NCBI GenBank assembly: GCA_964291415.2
Contig: OZ219917.1
Coordinates: 64,001-128,000 of the forward strand
Source: Alphaproteobacteria bacterium
GTDB lineage: Bacteria; Pseudomonadota; Alphaproteobacteria; SP197
Reading direction: 5' to 3'
DNA: 64,000 nt
Positions 21,420-31,815 of the stretch are shown here, in pieces. The notes under the pieces were generated by a model that ran no database searches, was not told where the DNA came from, and saw only the letters and a list, made by a program, of their open reading frames with translations. Position numbers and translations under genes: made by a program. Position 1 is the stretch's first letter. Every line of letters begins with the position of its first letter.

Positions 21420-22058
21420 TCAGGCGACAAGGGCGGCGACGGCGGAGCGCAGATCGCCGATGCCCCGGCCCTTGCGGGCGCTGGTGACGAGGATGCCCGG
21501 AACGGCGGCGGGCCGCCGCTGGAGTTCGCGCGCCACCTCTCCAACCACGTCGTCGAGGCCGGCCTCCTTCACCTTGTCGGACTTGGTGAGCACGGCCTGC
21601 CAGGCGACGCCGGCGGTATCGAGACTGTCGAACGTCGCACGGTCCCTGTCGGTGATCCCGCGGCGCGCATCGAGCAGCAGGAAGACGCGCCGCAGCGCCG
21701 GGCGCAGGGCAAGGTAGTCGTCCACGGCCCGCGTCCACCCGGCGATGTCCGCCTTGCCGGCCGCGGCATAGCCGTATCCCGGCAGATCGACGAGATTCAT
21801 GCGTCCGTCCAGGCTGAAGACATTGATCGAGCGCGTCCTGCCCGGCGTCCTGGAGGTCCGCGCCAGGCTTCGCCGCCCCGTCAGCGCATTGATGAGCGAC
21901 GACTTGCCGCAGTTCGAACGCCCCGCAAAGGCGACTTCGGGGACCTCAGGCTCGGGCAGCCCCTCGAGCGACGTTGCGGCGACGACGAACCTGCAGGGCC
22001 GCGCAAAGAGCCTGCGCCCGGCGGCGCTCGCCACCGTCTTCCGGGTTCCACCCGTCAT
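21420..22058 (-). CDS. engB: Ribosome biogenesis GTPase YihA/EngB
   Basis: [40 protein letters not shown]. Confidence 0.95.
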   Translation of the reverse strand: MTGGTRKTVASAAGRRLFARPCRFVVAATSLEGLPEPEVPEVAFAGRSNCGKSSLINALTGRRSLARTSRTPGRTRSINVFSLDGRMNLVDLPGYGYAAAGKADIAGWTRAVDDYLALRPALRRVFLLLDARRGITDRDRATFDSLDTAGVAWQAVLTKSDKVKEAGLDDVVGEVARELQRRPAAVPGILVTSARKGRGIGDLRSAVAALVA

Positions 22059-22840
22059 GCCGGAGCCGGCCCGTCTCTCCGGGTTCCCTCGTCATCCGTC
22101 CCCGGGTAGCGGACGGCGGCGAGGTAGAGTCCGTGGGCCGGGGCGATCATGCCGCAGGCCTGGCGGTCCCGTTGCTCGAGGGCGCGCCGCAGGTCGCCCG
22201 GGGTCCACCGGCCTTCCCCGACATGGACGAGCGAGCCCACCATGCTGCGGACCTGGCGATGCAGGAAGGAACGGGCGCGGGCGCTGATCACGATGGCGTC
22301 TTCAGGACCCGAGACGCCGAGTTCATCGAGAGTCTTGACGGGTGAGGACGCCTGGCAGCCGGCATCCCTGAAGGTGGTGAAATCGTGCCTGCCGACAAGG
22401 CCCTGCGCCGCCTCGTGCATGGCCGCCGCATCGAGAGACCTCGGCACGTGCCAGGCCCGGTTGAGATCGATCGTCAACGGCGCCCGCCGGCACACGATCC
22501 GGTAGCGATAGAGGCGCTCGACGGCATCGAACCGGGCATGAAAGTCCGCTGCGGCCCGCGCCGCCTCGAGGATGGCAATCGCCCGGGGGCGCAGGTGCTG
22601 GTTGACGGCGTTTCTCACGGTGGAGGGCGGCCAGTCCCGGACCAGGTCGACATGGGCCACCTGCCGGAGGGCATGAACACCGGCATCCGTCCGTCCCGCC
22701 GCCACCAGGGTCACGTCATCCTGGCAGAACGACCGGAACGCCTCCTCCAGCGCCTGCTGAATGGAGGGCCGGTCATGCTGCCTTTGCCATCCGGCATAGC
22801 CGGTGCCGTCGTACTCCAGTGTGAGGCGATAGCGCGGCAT
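22055..22840 (-). CDS. truA: tRNA pseudouridine(38-40) synthase
   Basis: [47 protein letters not shown]. Confidence 0.96.
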   Translation of the reverse strand: MPRYRLTLEYDGTGYAGWQRQHDRPSIQQALEEAFRSFCQDDVTLVAAGRTDAGVHALRQVAHVDLVRDWPPSTVRNAVNQHLRPRAIAILEAARAAADFHARFDAVERLYRYRIVCRRAPLTIDLNRAWHVPRSLDAAAMHEAAQGLVGRHDFTTFRDAGCQASSPVKTLDELGVSGPEDAIVISARARSFLHRQVRSMVGSLVHVGEGRWTPGDLRRALEQRDRQACGMIAPAHGLYLAAVRYPGTDDEGTRRDGPAPA

Positions 22841-22842
22841 GG

Positions 22843-23766
22843 TCAGGCGAGACGCTGGGGCGGCGCGAGGCGCTGGCCGCGCAGCCAGGCGGCGCCATCG
22901 GTGGTCTCCCGTCCGGCAGCGCGGACCGTCACGAGACGCAACGCACCTTTGCCGCATGCCACGACGGCATTGCGGTCAAGCAGCGTTCCCGGCGGTGCTT
23001 CGCCGGCGACGGCCTCGGCCTCGAGGACCTTCACCGGCGCCGATTCCGGTCCGAAGTGAACACCGGGGCGCGGATTGAGAGCCCGCACCAGGCGATCGAT
23101 GTCCTCGGCGCTGCGTCGCCAGTCGATGCGGCCGTCCGCCCGCGTGAGCTTCCCGGCGTAGGTGGCGTCCCGGTCGTTCTGGGGTTCTGCCCCCGCCAGA
23201 TGGCGTCCGGGATCTCGAAGGAGTCCCGGGAGGACATCGGCGGCAAGATCGGCAAGAGAGGATTCCAGGCTCTGGGTTGTGGCGCGGCAGGGCACGGGCA
23301 GGCGGTGGCGGCAGACAATGGCGCCGGTATCGAGGCCTTCGTCCATGCGGAAGACCGTCAGGCCGGTTTCGCTGTCGCCGTGGAGGATGGTGTGAGCCAC
23401 CGGGGCGGCGCCCCGCCAGCGCGGCAGCAGCGATGGATGAAGATTGATGCAGCCAAGCCGCGGCGCGTCGAGAATGGGCCGCGGCAGGATCAGTCCATAG
23501 GCGGCAACGACCGCCACGTCGGCATCGAGCGCCCGGAAGTCGGCAGCGGCAGCGCCATCCCGCAGCGAGACCGGAGTTCTCACGTCGAGGCCAAGGGCCT
23601 CGGCCCGTTCGGCGATCACGGAGGCGCGCATGCGCTGGCCGCGCCCGGCGCGGCGCGGCGGCTGCGTGTAGACAGCCACCATGTCATGGCCATCGCGACA
23701 GAGCGCCTCCAGCGCCGGCAAGGCGAAGGACGCCGTTCCCATGAACGCAAGCCTCAAGGGGGTCAC
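22843..23766 (-). CDS. fmt: Methionyl-tRNA formyltransferase
   Basis: [40 protein letters not shown]. Confidence 0.95.
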   Translation of the reverse strand: MTPLRLAFMGTASFALPALEALCRDGHDMVAVYTQPPRRAGRGQRMRASVIAERAEALGLDVRTPVSLRDGAAAADFRALDADVAVVAAYGLILPRPILDAPRLGCINLHPSLLPRWRGAAPVAHTILHGDSETGLTVFRMDEGLDTGAIVCRHRLPVPCRATTQSLESSLADLAADVLPGLLRDPGRHLAGAEPQNDRDATYAGKLTRADGRIDWRRSAEDIDRLVRALNPRPGVHFGPESAPVKVLEAEAVAGEAPPGTLLDRNAVVACGKGALRLVTVRAAGRETTDGAAWLRGQRLAPPQRLA

Positions 23767-24286
23767 GCGATGTCGCGCAGCCGCGCCTTCTTCCACTTGA
23801 TCATCTTGCGCAGGATCAGCCGGCGGCGCAGGGCCGAGAGGTGATCGACGAAGAGAATGCCGTCGAGGTGGTCGATCTCGTGCTGCAGGCAGCGTGCCAG
23901 AAGGCCCTCGGCGTGAAGCTCCCGGCCGGCGCCGTTCTCGTCGAGGTAGGCGATGTCGACCGATGCCGGGCGCTCCACCATGGCGTAGAGTTCAGGAAAC
24001 GAAAGACAGCCTTCATCGAACTCCACCCGTTCCTGCGACGCGGCGGTGATATCCGGGTTGACGAGCTTCAGCGGCTCTGAGTCCCGTCGCTCCGCGCCAC
24101 GTCGACAACCACGATGCGCCGGGGGATGCCGACCTGGATTGCCGAGAGACCGAGCCCCTTCTCGGCGTACATGGTCTCCAGGAGATCATCCATGAGCCGG
24201 CGGACACCGTCGTCCACGTCGTCCACGGCCTCCGAGACCACCTGGAGACGCGGATCGGGAGCATGAATGACTGGCATGACCGTCAT
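23763..24286 (-). CDS. def: Peptide deformylase, split by a 1-nt frameshift near 24083 (probable assembly error)
   Basis: N-terminal frame has PDPRL...GLGLSAIQVG; the second frame continues PLKLVNP...EGCLS...QHEIDHLDG; one extra G in the GGG run at about 24083-24085 joins them. Confidence 0.9.
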
Positions 24287-24401
24287 CGCGACCCGCCCTC
24301 TTCACCCTGTCGGCATGACGCAAGAGTAGATTCAGGGCCCGGAGCGATCAAGACATGGCCCTCCGGGACGTTACCGGGACATCACCGGGCGAATCGCCAT
24401 C

Positions 24402-24431
24402 TTGACGTTGCCCTTGAACCCTGCATAGCCT
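24402..24431 (+). promoter_or_regulatory. Putative sigma70 promoter (TTGACG-N17/18-ATAGCC/TAGCCT)
   Basis: ttgacg at 24402 and a -10-like element immediately before the structured segment. Confidence 0.4.
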
Positions 24432-24437
24432 TCCCCA

Positions 24438-24652
24438 TCGCCAAACACATCCGTGCGGCTCCATGCCGGGCCGCCCGCCGCGATGCGGGAATCTTCTAAG
24501 CACGGATGATTGTTTGGCGACCGGCCCGGCACCACGTCGGGCTGACCGATCGCTTGGAGCGGTCGGAACCGGAGGGCAATCCGGCTCCGACCAAGCAATG
24601 GGGTCTCGGGGCAGCTGGGAGAGCGTGACCGAGATCCCGCCGCTCCAAGCAC
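24438..24652 (+). ncRNA. Candidate structured RNA (pseudoknot plus three-way junction), family unknown
   Basis: 24438-24456 pairs with 24500-24520; 24464-24473 pairs perfectly with 24522-24531; 24552-24562 pairs with 24640-24650 enclosing two hairpins; strand inferred from the promoter. Confidence 0.5.
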
Positions 24653-24705
24653 GCTAGACGTTGCCATGCGTCCACTCAAGCACGCTCTCCCAGTGGGGGA
24701 GAGAC

Positions 24706-25475
24706 GTGAAAGCCATCGTGATCAGTCTGCCGCACGCCCATGAGCGACGGAAACGCGCGTCGCAGCGGTTTGCCGAAATCGGTCTGTCTTTCGAATTCCT
24801 TGATGCCGTTGACGCGGGTGAACTGACCGATGCGGACATCGTTCGGATGGATGCGCGATACCGGCGCCGGTGGGGTCTTCGTCCTTTGGCCGCTACCGAA
24901 CTTGCGTGCTGGCTGTCACATGTCCGCGCGATCCACCAGGCAAGCATCGGATCCGATGAAGCGACCGTCATATTCGAAGACGACGCCATGCCCCGGCCCA
25001 ATGCACATCTGTGCTGACCGCCTTGGAACACTGTCACATCGACTTTGATCTGGTCAGCCTCGGCCGACGGAACACGACTCGGCCGCATGTTGACGTGCAC
25101 GCCCTTGAAGCCGGTCGATCTCTCTGCCGGGTCCGGTTCGAGTACGGCGCGTTCGGTTACGTGATCACGAAAGAAGCGGCACTTCGCCTCGGTCCTCGCC
25201 TGACCCGGATGCGCGTCCCGATCGACATGGATCTCATGTTCTTCTGGGTCCACCGGCTCAACCTGTGGTTTCTCGATACGCCGGTGGTCGACCACGATGA
25301 CAACGTGCCTTCGTATCTCACTGCCGACCGTGAACGAATGCTCGTCGGATGGAAGCCTTCGCGACTACGTCGGATCGCCTACCGTCTACACATGGCGGTG
25401 GCCAAGCGGATCGGATTCCGGCGGCTCGTCCAAGGGCGCTATGCGAGCAAACAGAAAACGACCCGTCGCACATGA
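24706..25475 (+). CDS. Glycosyltransferase family 25 (LPS biosynthesis), frameshifted near 25005
   Basis: VISL...ERR, FEFLDAVD, ELACWLSH, IFEDDA in frame 1; GAFGYVITKEAA..L, PID in frame 2; 1-nt deletion (error or real). Confidence 0.82.
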
Positions 25476-26278
25476 CTCCCTTCCTCATCAGGAACTGTCC
25501 GCGTTGCGGCGCCGACAATTCCACCACACGCGCCCTTTCCTATTCCTGGCGGCATTGGCGTCTTCGCCGCTGCATGGCGTGTGCTTTCGTCTACCTTGAG
25601 AACCCGCCGGACTATGCCGATCTGAGCGTGGACTACGCATGGGAGACGGACGACTACACACAACGCATGCGTCAGGAGTATCCCTTCACCCGTCGAGTAT
25701 CGCGCGGCTGGCGAAGGGTTCGCCGCCGGTTGATCCCAAGGCCCGACAAGTTGGCCCGACGGGTTACCGCGCATGTCCCACCGGGCCGTGTGATCGACGT
25801 GGGTTGCGGCAGCGCCGGACACCTGATGGCGCTCGCGCCGCACTACAAGATTGTCGGGATAGAGATATCCGTGGCATTGGCCGCCGAAGCGAACGCCCGT
25901 CTCGCCAAGCGCAACGGCACGGTCGTCAACATGCCGGCGATCGAAGGACTCGCCGACATGGCCGCGGCCTCGGCAACCGGCGTGCTGATGCGTTCCTTCC
26001 TCGAACACGAACACAGACCCGCGACGCTGCTCGCCCAAGTGGCGCGCGTTCTCGCGACCGGCGGCGCCGTTGTCGTCAAGGTGCCCAACTTCGCCTGCCT
26101 GAACCGGCGGGTCATGGGATCCCGCTGGTGCGGGTTCCGCTTCCCTGGTCACGTGAACTACTTCACGCCGACGAGCCTCAAGGAAATGGTCGAAGATGCC
26201 GGTCTAACGATATCGGCCTTCGATCCTTTTAGTCGGTTCCCGCTGGCAGACAACATGTGGCTGGTGGCACACAAGTGA
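25472..26278 (+). CDS. Class I SAM-dependent methyltransferase with N-terminal CxxC..CxxC
   Basis: CPRC...CMAC, IDVGCGSA, GIEIS, FLEH, KVPN, PGHVNYFTP. Confidence 0.85.
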   Translation: MTPFLIRNCPRCGADNSTTRALSYSWRHWRLRRCMACAFVYLENPPDYADLSVDYAWETDDYTQRMRQEYPFTRRVSRGWRRVRRRLIPRPDKLARRVTAHVPPGRVIDVGCGSAGHLMALAPHYKIVGIEISVALAAEANARLAKRNGTVVNMPAIEGLADMAAASATGVLMRSFLEHEHRPATLLAQVARVLATGGAVVVKVPNFACLNRRVMGSRWCGFRFPGHVNYFTPTSLKEMVEDAGLTISAFDPFSRFPLADNMWLVAHK

Positions 26279-26355
26279 GATTGGATTGCAACGCCCGGTA
26301 CGGGCGGCCCAGAAAATCAAAGTGAGACACTACCCCTCTTGCGGGCCGGCGGGCC

Positions 26356-26997
26356 TCAGCCCGGCGTGAGCGTGCGGCGGGCCTGCATCGCCGCACCGAG
26401 CGTGCCATCGTCAAGGAAGTTGAGCTCCCCGCCCACCGGAACGCCAAGCGACAGGCGCGACACGGTGACATCGCAGGCGGCAAGCATGTCGACGAGATAG
26501 TGGGCCGTGGTCTGCCCGGCAACCGTGGCGCTGGTGGCGAGAACCACTTCCGCGACGCCCGCCGATCGGGCGCGGGCCACGAGGCCCGGGATCCGCAGAT
26601 CCTCGGGCCCGACGCCGTCGAGCGCCGACAGGGTGCCTCCCAGAACGTGATAGCGGCCGGAAAACACGGCCGAACGCTCCATGGCCCACAAATCGTCGAC
26701 ATTCTCGACGACACAGATGATCGAGGAGTCACGCCGCTCGTCCGAACAGAGGGCGCAGGGGTCTCTGGTATCGAGGTTCCCGCACCGGTTGCAGGTCGTG
26801 ACGGCCTCGCCCGTCTGCTCGAGCGCCTGCACGAGGTTGACCAGCAGGGTCTCGCGGTGCTTGAGAAGGTGGAGCACGAGACGGCGCGCCGAGCGCGGCC
26901 CCAGACCCGGCAGGCGTGCCAGCAGGGTCGTCAGGCGGTCAATCTCGGGGCTGGCATGGACCATCTCAAGGGCCCGGAAACGAGAGTCTTGCGACAC
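26356..26997 (-). CDS. recR: Recombination mediator RecR
   Basis: [11 protein letters not shown], CxxC..Cxx[31 protein letters not shown]; start may be 26964. Confidence 0.96.
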   Translation of the reverse strand: MSQDSRFRALEMVHASPEIDRLTTLLARLPGLGPRSARRLVLHLLKHRETLLVNLVQALEQTGEAVTTCNRCGNLDTRDPCALCSDERRDSSIICVVENVDDLWAMERSAVFSGRYHVLGGTLSALDGVGPEDLRIPGLVARARSAGVAEVVLATSATVAGQTTAHYLVDMLAACDVTVSRLSLGVPVGGELNFLDDGTLGAAMQARRTLTPG

Positions 26998-27000
26998 CCA

Positions 27001-27321
27001 TCAGAAGGGCAGCTTCAGTCCCGGGGGCAGCTGGAAGTCGCCGGCGATGTCGGCCGTTCTTTCCCGGACCGTCTCCTCGGCCTTGCTGTGCGCATCGTTG
27101 ATGGCCGCAACGATCAGGTCCTCGAGCATGCCCCTGTCGTCGGCCGTGACGAGAGAGGGATCGATCGACAGGCTGTTGAGCCGGTGCTGGCAGGTCATCG
27201 AAGCCTTGACCATGCCGCCGCCGGAGACGCCCTCGACCTCGATCCGGCCGAGATCCTCCTGGAGGCTCTCCATGCGCGACTGCACTTCCTGCACCTTTTC
27301 CATCATCTTCAGAAAATTCAT
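27001..27321 (-). CDS. ybaB: YbaB/EbfC nucleoid-associated protein
   Basis: EG.SGGGMVK, LEDLIVAAINDA, LPPGLKLPF; between dnaX and recR. Confidence 0.95.
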   Translation of the reverse strand: MNFLKMMEKVQEVQSRMESLQEDLGRIEVEGVSGGGMVKASMTCQHRLNSLSIDPSLVTADDRGMLEDLIVAAINDAHSKAEETVRERTADIAGDFQLPPGLKLPF

Positions 27322-28940
27322 GGGCTGCCGTTCCTTGCGTGCGGTTTGTCGCCCTTCCGGACATCGACGATCTCGGCTCCGGGAAAGGTCTCGAGTATGC
27401 GCGAGAGGTCCGGTTCCCTGGCCGTCTCCTCCAGGAGGGCCTTCCTCTCCTGCTCTTGCGAGCGTGCAATCGTGGGAGCCCCGTCGCTTGTGGACGGCGT
27501 CACCCGCCAGGCCATGCCCGTCCAGGTGCCGAGCAGCCTGGCAAGGTCGGAGGGAAGCTCGCGGGGCGCATCCTTGCCGAGCCTGATCTCGATATCGCCG
27601 ACGGCGAAGGAAACGAGGTGGACATTGGTGCGCAGGTGGGTATGGAGGATGGCCTCGCGGCGGCGCTCCACGAGATCGAGCACGGCCTCGAAACTTCGGG
27701 GCACCTCGTCGCCGGCATCCCCGGATGCCGCAGGCGCCCGGCTTTCGGGCGCCTTTGCCGGCGCGGGCGGCGGCGTCCCGTCGAGCACCTTCAGCGCCTC
27801 CTCGGGTGTCGGCAGTGTCGAACTGAAGGCCAGCCGGACCAGGGTCATTTCCACGGCCTGCAGGCTGTCAGGGGCACCGTTCGCCTCGCCGATTCCCTTG
27901 AGGAGAATCTGCCAGGCCCTCGTGAGGTGCGGTATGCCGAGGGTTTCGGCCATCTCCGCCCCTTCCGTGCGCTCGAACTCGGGCGCCGCCTGCCGGGCAG
28001 CGTCGGGAGTGGCCTTGCAACGGGTCAGCCAGTGCGTGAGCTCGAGCAGATCCTCGAGAACGACGACCGGATCCACGCCTGACCTGTACTGCTCCGCCAG
28101 GCCCTCGAGCGCCTCGGCGATCCGGCCGGCCATGACATGGCGATAGAGCGCAAACGTCCTTCCCCTGTCGGCGAGTCCGAGCATGGCGCGCACATCGTCT
28201 CCGGTCACCGTTCCACGGCCCTGGGCGATGGCCTGATCGAGGATGGAGAGGCCGTCGCGCACCGAACCATCGGCGGCGCGGGCGATCAGGGCCAGGGCCT
28301 CGTCGCTCGCCGATGCCTGTTCCCTGGACGCGATCTCGCCGAAGTACCGGGCAAGCTCTCCGGCATCGACCCGGCGCAGGTCAAACCGCTGGCAACGTGA
28401 CAGGATGGTCGCCGGAATCTTGCGCAGTTCGGTCGTCGCGAAGACGAACTTCAAGTGCTCCGGCGGCTCCTCCAGGGTCTTCAGCAACGCATTGAACGCC
28501 GGTCCGGACAGCATGTGGACCTCGTCCATGACGTAGACCTTGTAGCGGCCGAGGGAGGGCCGGTAGCGCGCTGCATCGAGCAGGCTGCGCATGTTGTCGA
28601 TGCCCGTGTGACTCGCGGCATCGACCTCGAGGACATCGACATGGCGATCGGCAGCGATGGCAACGCAGTGTTCGCAGACGCCGCAGGGCTCGGCCGTCAC
28701 GTCGCCCGTGCCGTTCTCGCCGACACAGTTGAGCATGCGCGCCAGAACGCGCGCCGTCGTCGTCTTGCCGACCCCGCGAACGCCGGTCAGCAGGAAGGCC
28801 TGGGCGATCCTCCCCGTCTCCACCGCATGGGTCAGCGTGCGCACGAGGACATCCTGACCAAGCAGTTCACCCAGGGTCTGTGGCCGGTACTTGCGGGCCA
28901 GGACTCGGTACTGCGGGTTGTCGTGATCAGGAGGTGCCAT
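27318..28940 (-). CDS. dnaX: DNA polymerase III subunit gamma/tau
   Basis: YRVLARKYRP, GVRGVGKTT, DEVHMLS..AFNALLKTLEEPP, SRCQRF, GSVRDGLS. Confidence 0.97.
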   Translation of the reverse strand: MAPPDHDNPQYRVLARKYRPQTLGELLGQDVLVRTLTHAVETGRIAQAFLLTGVRGVGKTTTARVLARMLNCVGENGTGDVTAEPCGVCEHCVAIAADRHVDVLEVDAASHTGIDNMRSLLDAARYRPSLGRYKVYVMDEVHMLSGPAFNALLKTLEEPPEHLKFVFATTELRKIPATILSRCQRFDLRRVDAGELARYFGEIASREQASASDEALALIARAADGSVRDGLSILDQAIAQGRGTVTGDDVRAMLGLADRGRTFALYRHVMAGRIAEALEGLAEQYRSGVDPVVVLEDLLELTHWLTRCKATPDAARQAAPEFERTEGAEMAETLGIPHLTRAWQILLKGIGEANGAPDSLQAVEMTLVRLAFSSTLPTPEEALKVLDGTPPPAPAKAPESRAPAASGDAGDEVPRSFEAVLDLVERRREAILHTHLRTNVHLVSFAVGDIEIRLGKDAPRELPSDLARLLGTWTGMAWRVTPSTSDGAPTIARSQEQERKALLEETAREPDLSRILETFPGAEIVDVRKGDKPHARNGSP

Positions 28941-28993
28941 CGCGGTCCCTGATGAACGGGGCGGGGATTCGCGCAACCGTTGGTGCGGCGGAT

Positions 28994-29088
28994 GACTGGA
29001 AGGCCGGACTGACCCGGTTGAACACGCTACGGCTGCTTCCTCTCGGACCTGACCGGGTTCACGAGCCAATTCCGTCCATTCCGGCCCC
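28994..29088 (-). ncRNA. ffs: Signal recognition particle 4.5S RNA
   Basis: Minus strand contains aacccggtcaggtccgagaggaagcagcc (SRP helix 8 core); upstream of dnaX as is typical; ends approximate. Confidence 0.9.
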
Positions 29089-29167
29089 CGTCGGCAACAC
29101 TAGCCGCCACGACCGACGGCACGCAAGCCTGATTGCGCGGCAACGGGCCGCGTGCGAACGTCGTTTC

Positions 29168-30067
29168 ATGGTCGACGTCTCCCACTACCGGGGCGATCTG
29201 ATCGATCGCGCCAGCGAGCTGCGCCGGGACGATCAGTGGATTGCCGCCAGGCTGCGCGATCCCGCAACCCGGCTCGTTCCCGTTCATCGGGGGCGCAACC
29301 TGCTGCGCGGCATAAACGCGGCCTTCCTGGCGCCCGGCGATGTCGATGGATTCCCCGACGATCCCCTGATGGAGCCCATCTTTCTGGGAATCGACGAGGT
29401 GGGTCCGCTGTTTGCCGTCGACGTGTCGCATCTCGAAGAAGGGGTTCTCGCCAGCCCCGGAACGGACTGCGTCCTCGAGGAACTCTACGGCATCGCGACA
29501 CAGCTGTTTCGCCGCGACGCCTCGCTTCTCTCCCATGCGGCCTGGCTCGTGCGATGGCGGCGGCACCACCGCTATTGCGGTGTCTGCGGCCATGTCACCG
29601 AATCGCGGGAGGCCGGGCACGTGCGGGTCTGCACCAACGAGACGTGCAGGACCCTCGCCTTTCCGAGGACCGACCCGGCGGTCATCATGGTGACCGAGTT
29701 CGCCGACCGGTGCCTGCTGGCCCGCCAGAAAAACTGGCCGGGCGGCCTGCATTCCTGCCTGGCGGGGTTTGTCGAACCCGGCGAATCGGCGGAAGAGGCG
29801 GTGGTGCGCGAGGTGCGCGAGGAATCGGGCCTCGAGGTACGCGATGTCCGCTACCACGCCACCCAGCCATGGCCCTATCCGTCCTCGCTCATGCTGGGCT
29901 ACTTTGCCATCGCCACGCACGACGTCGTCGTCATCGATACCGACGAACTGGCCGCCGCCCGCTGGTTCACCCGCGACGAACTCGTGTCGCTCCCCGACGG
30001 CGTCGAACTGCCACGCCGCGATTCCATCGCCCGCGCCCTGATCGACGCCTGGATTGCCTCGGGCTAG
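29168..30067 (+). CDS. nudC: NAD(+) diphosphatase (Nudix)
   Basis: YCGVCG...C...C, FPRTDPAVI, AGFVEPGES.EEAV.REV.EE, QPWPYPSSLM. Confidence 0.94.
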   Translation: MVDVSHYRGDLIDRASELRRDDQWIAARLRDPATRLVPVHRGRNLLRGINAAFLAPGDVDGFPDDPLMEPIFLGIDEVGPLFAVDVSHLEEGVLASPGTDCVLEELYGIATQLFRRDASLLSHAAWLVRWRRHHRYCGVCGHVTESREAGHVRVCTNETCRTLAFPRTDPAVIMVTEFADRCLLARQKNWPGGLHSCLAGFVEPGESAEEAVVREVREESGLEVRDVRYHATQPWPYPSSLMLGYFAIATHDVVVIDTDELAAARWFTRDELVSLPDGVELPRRDSIARALIDAWIASG

Positions 30068-30104
30068 AGTGACGGTCGCCTTTTTCGAGCACGAGGAGCC
30101 GCCC

Positions 30105-30875
30105 ATGAGCCGTCTCGAGGTCCACCAGATTCCGGTTCTCTCCGACAACTACGTCTATCTGGCGCATTGCCCCGAGACGGCGGCCACGGCGGTCGTCGAC
30201 CCGGCGGTCACGAAACCCGTGCTCGACGCGGCCGCGGACAAGGGATGGTCCATCACGCACATCATCAACACCCACCATCACGACGACCACACGGGCGGCA
30301 ATCTCGACATCAAGCGGGCCACGGGGTGCACCATTGTCGGGCCGGGACCGGACCGCAACCGCATCCCGGGGATCGACATCATGGTCGACGAGGGCGACAC
30401 CTTCATGCTCGGGGCGGCCGAGGCCCGTGTCTTCTTCGTCCCCGGGCACACGCGCGGGCACATTGCATACTGGTTCGCCGACTCGGCGGCGCTCTTCTGC
30501 GGCGACACCATGTTCGCCATGGGGTGCGGCCGGCTGTTCGAGGGGACCCCGGTGCAGATGTGGGCTTCACTGCAGAAGCTCATGGATCTGCCCGGCGACA
30601 CGCGCGTCTACTGTGCCCACGAGTACACCCAGACCAACGGCCGGTTTGCGCTCACGGTCGATCCGCAGAACACCGACCTCGTGCGCCGCATGACGGTTGT
30701 CGACGACATGCGCTCCAGGGATCTGCCGACAGTTCCCTCGACCATCGCCGAGGAACGGGCGACCAACCCCTTCCTGCGGCCGCGCGACCCGCTTGTCATG
30801 AAGGCCCTCGGCATGGAGGGCGCCGATCCGGTGACGGTGTTCGCCGAACTGCGCGCCCGCAAGGACAGGTTCTAG
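30105..30875 (+). CDS. gloB: Hydroxyacylglutathione hydrolase (glyoxalase II)
   Basis: LSDNYVYL, THHHDDHTGG, PGHTRGH, GDTMFAMGCGRLFEG, YCAHEYT, NPFLR. Confidence 0.95.
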   Translation: MSRLEVHQIPVLSDNYVYLAHCPETAATAVVDPAVTKPVLDAAADKGWSITHIINTHHHDDHTGGNLDIKRATGCTIVGPGPDRNRIPGIDIMVDEGDTFMLGAAEARVFFVPGHTRGHIAYWFADSAALFCGDTMFAMGCGRLFEGTPVQMWASLQKLMDLPGDTRVYCAHEYTQTNGRFALTVDPQNTDLVRRMTVVDDMRSRDLPTVPSTIAEERATNPFLRPRDPLVMKALGMEGADPVTVFAELRARKDRF

Positions 30876-30895
30876 GCCTGTGGGCCGGCGGCGGA

Positions 30896-31777
30896 TCAGC
30901 CGCTGGCGTCACCACCCTGGCTGCTCCACCACGCCGTCCACCGGTCGTAGTCCGGTCCGATGTCGGCGCCGGTGATGGTGCGCAGCGACCACGAGGAGAA
31001 CCAGCGAACATCCTGCGAGGTGTCCTGGAGGGCCTCGATCAGCGCCGATACCGCCGCCGGGTCGCCGATGCGGCCAAGCGACCATGCCGCCTCCCAGCGA
31101 ACGCGGTCATGTTCGTCCTCGAGGGCCTCGACGAGCGCCGGCACAGCCTCCGGATCGGCGGTGTCGCCGAGGGCCGAGGCCACCGAAAAGCGCACTTCAT
31201 GGCCAGGTTCGTCGAGAGCGGGGAGAACGCTCGCCACTCCCCAGACATCGATCATGACATTGACCAGCGCCTCGAGAAAGCCGTCCGGCTTCACCAGCGC
31301 TTCACGAAACGGGGCATTCTCCGGCTTGTCGTACCCGTGATCGATCAGGATCTCGAAGGGACGTTCGACCGTGGACGTGAAGAGGCGCATGCTTTCGACC
31401 GCCCCGGGACCGGTGATCGCCACATCGCCGGCGAGGTCGGCGCCGGTGTAGAGAAAGGCTCTCTCCTGGCCAACGTAGAGCCTGCCGAGTGCCCGCCCCT
31501 CCAGGGAGACCTGGAGTTCCCAGCTCTCGCCGCCGGCGTCACCGTCGAGGGGCTCGATGTCCGCCGCCAGGAGCATGTCCTCGGCATAGTCGACGAGCGG
31601 CAGTTCATAGTCCTCCAGAATGTGGGGCTCGGGCAGTGACGCCTTGCGGTACTCGAACACCTGTTCGATGGTGATCACGACCACATCGGGAAGCGGCGCC
31701 CGGGAGGCGTCGGAGCGGGAAGGCGCCAGCACGAGGCCGGCAACGGCTACCAGAATGAAGAGCGCACGCCTGGACAT
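30896..31777 (-). CDS. Secreted protein with C-terminal PBS-lyase/HEAT repeats
   Basis: Signal peptide; three repeats of the form VR..AA..LG.IGDP.AV.AL.EAL.D. Confidence 0.8.
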   Translation of the reverse strand: MSRRALFILVAVAGLVLAPSRSDASRAPLPDVVVITIEQVFEYRKASLPEPHILEDYELPLVDYAEDMLLAADIEPLDGDAGGESWELQVSLEGRALGRLYVGQERAFLYTGADLAGDVAITGPGAVESMRLFTSTVERPFEILIDHGYDKPENAPFREALVKPDGFLEALVNVMIDVWGVASVLPALDEPGHEVRFSVASALGDTADPEAVPALVEALEDEHDRVRWEAAWSLGRIGDPAAVSALIEALQDTSQDVRWFSSWSLRTITGADIGPDYDRWTAWWSSQGGDASG

Positions 31778-31815
31778 GACACGGCCATTCTAAACCGCAT
31801 CACCCGGTGGAGTCC

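Noticed and set aside
24600-24652. tRNA-Ala or tmRNA, suggested by cagctgggagagcg and gatcccgccgctcca
   Set aside because: No anticodon arm, no TTCG T-loop, no CCA end and no tag reading frame; the segment pairs differently within the larger structure.
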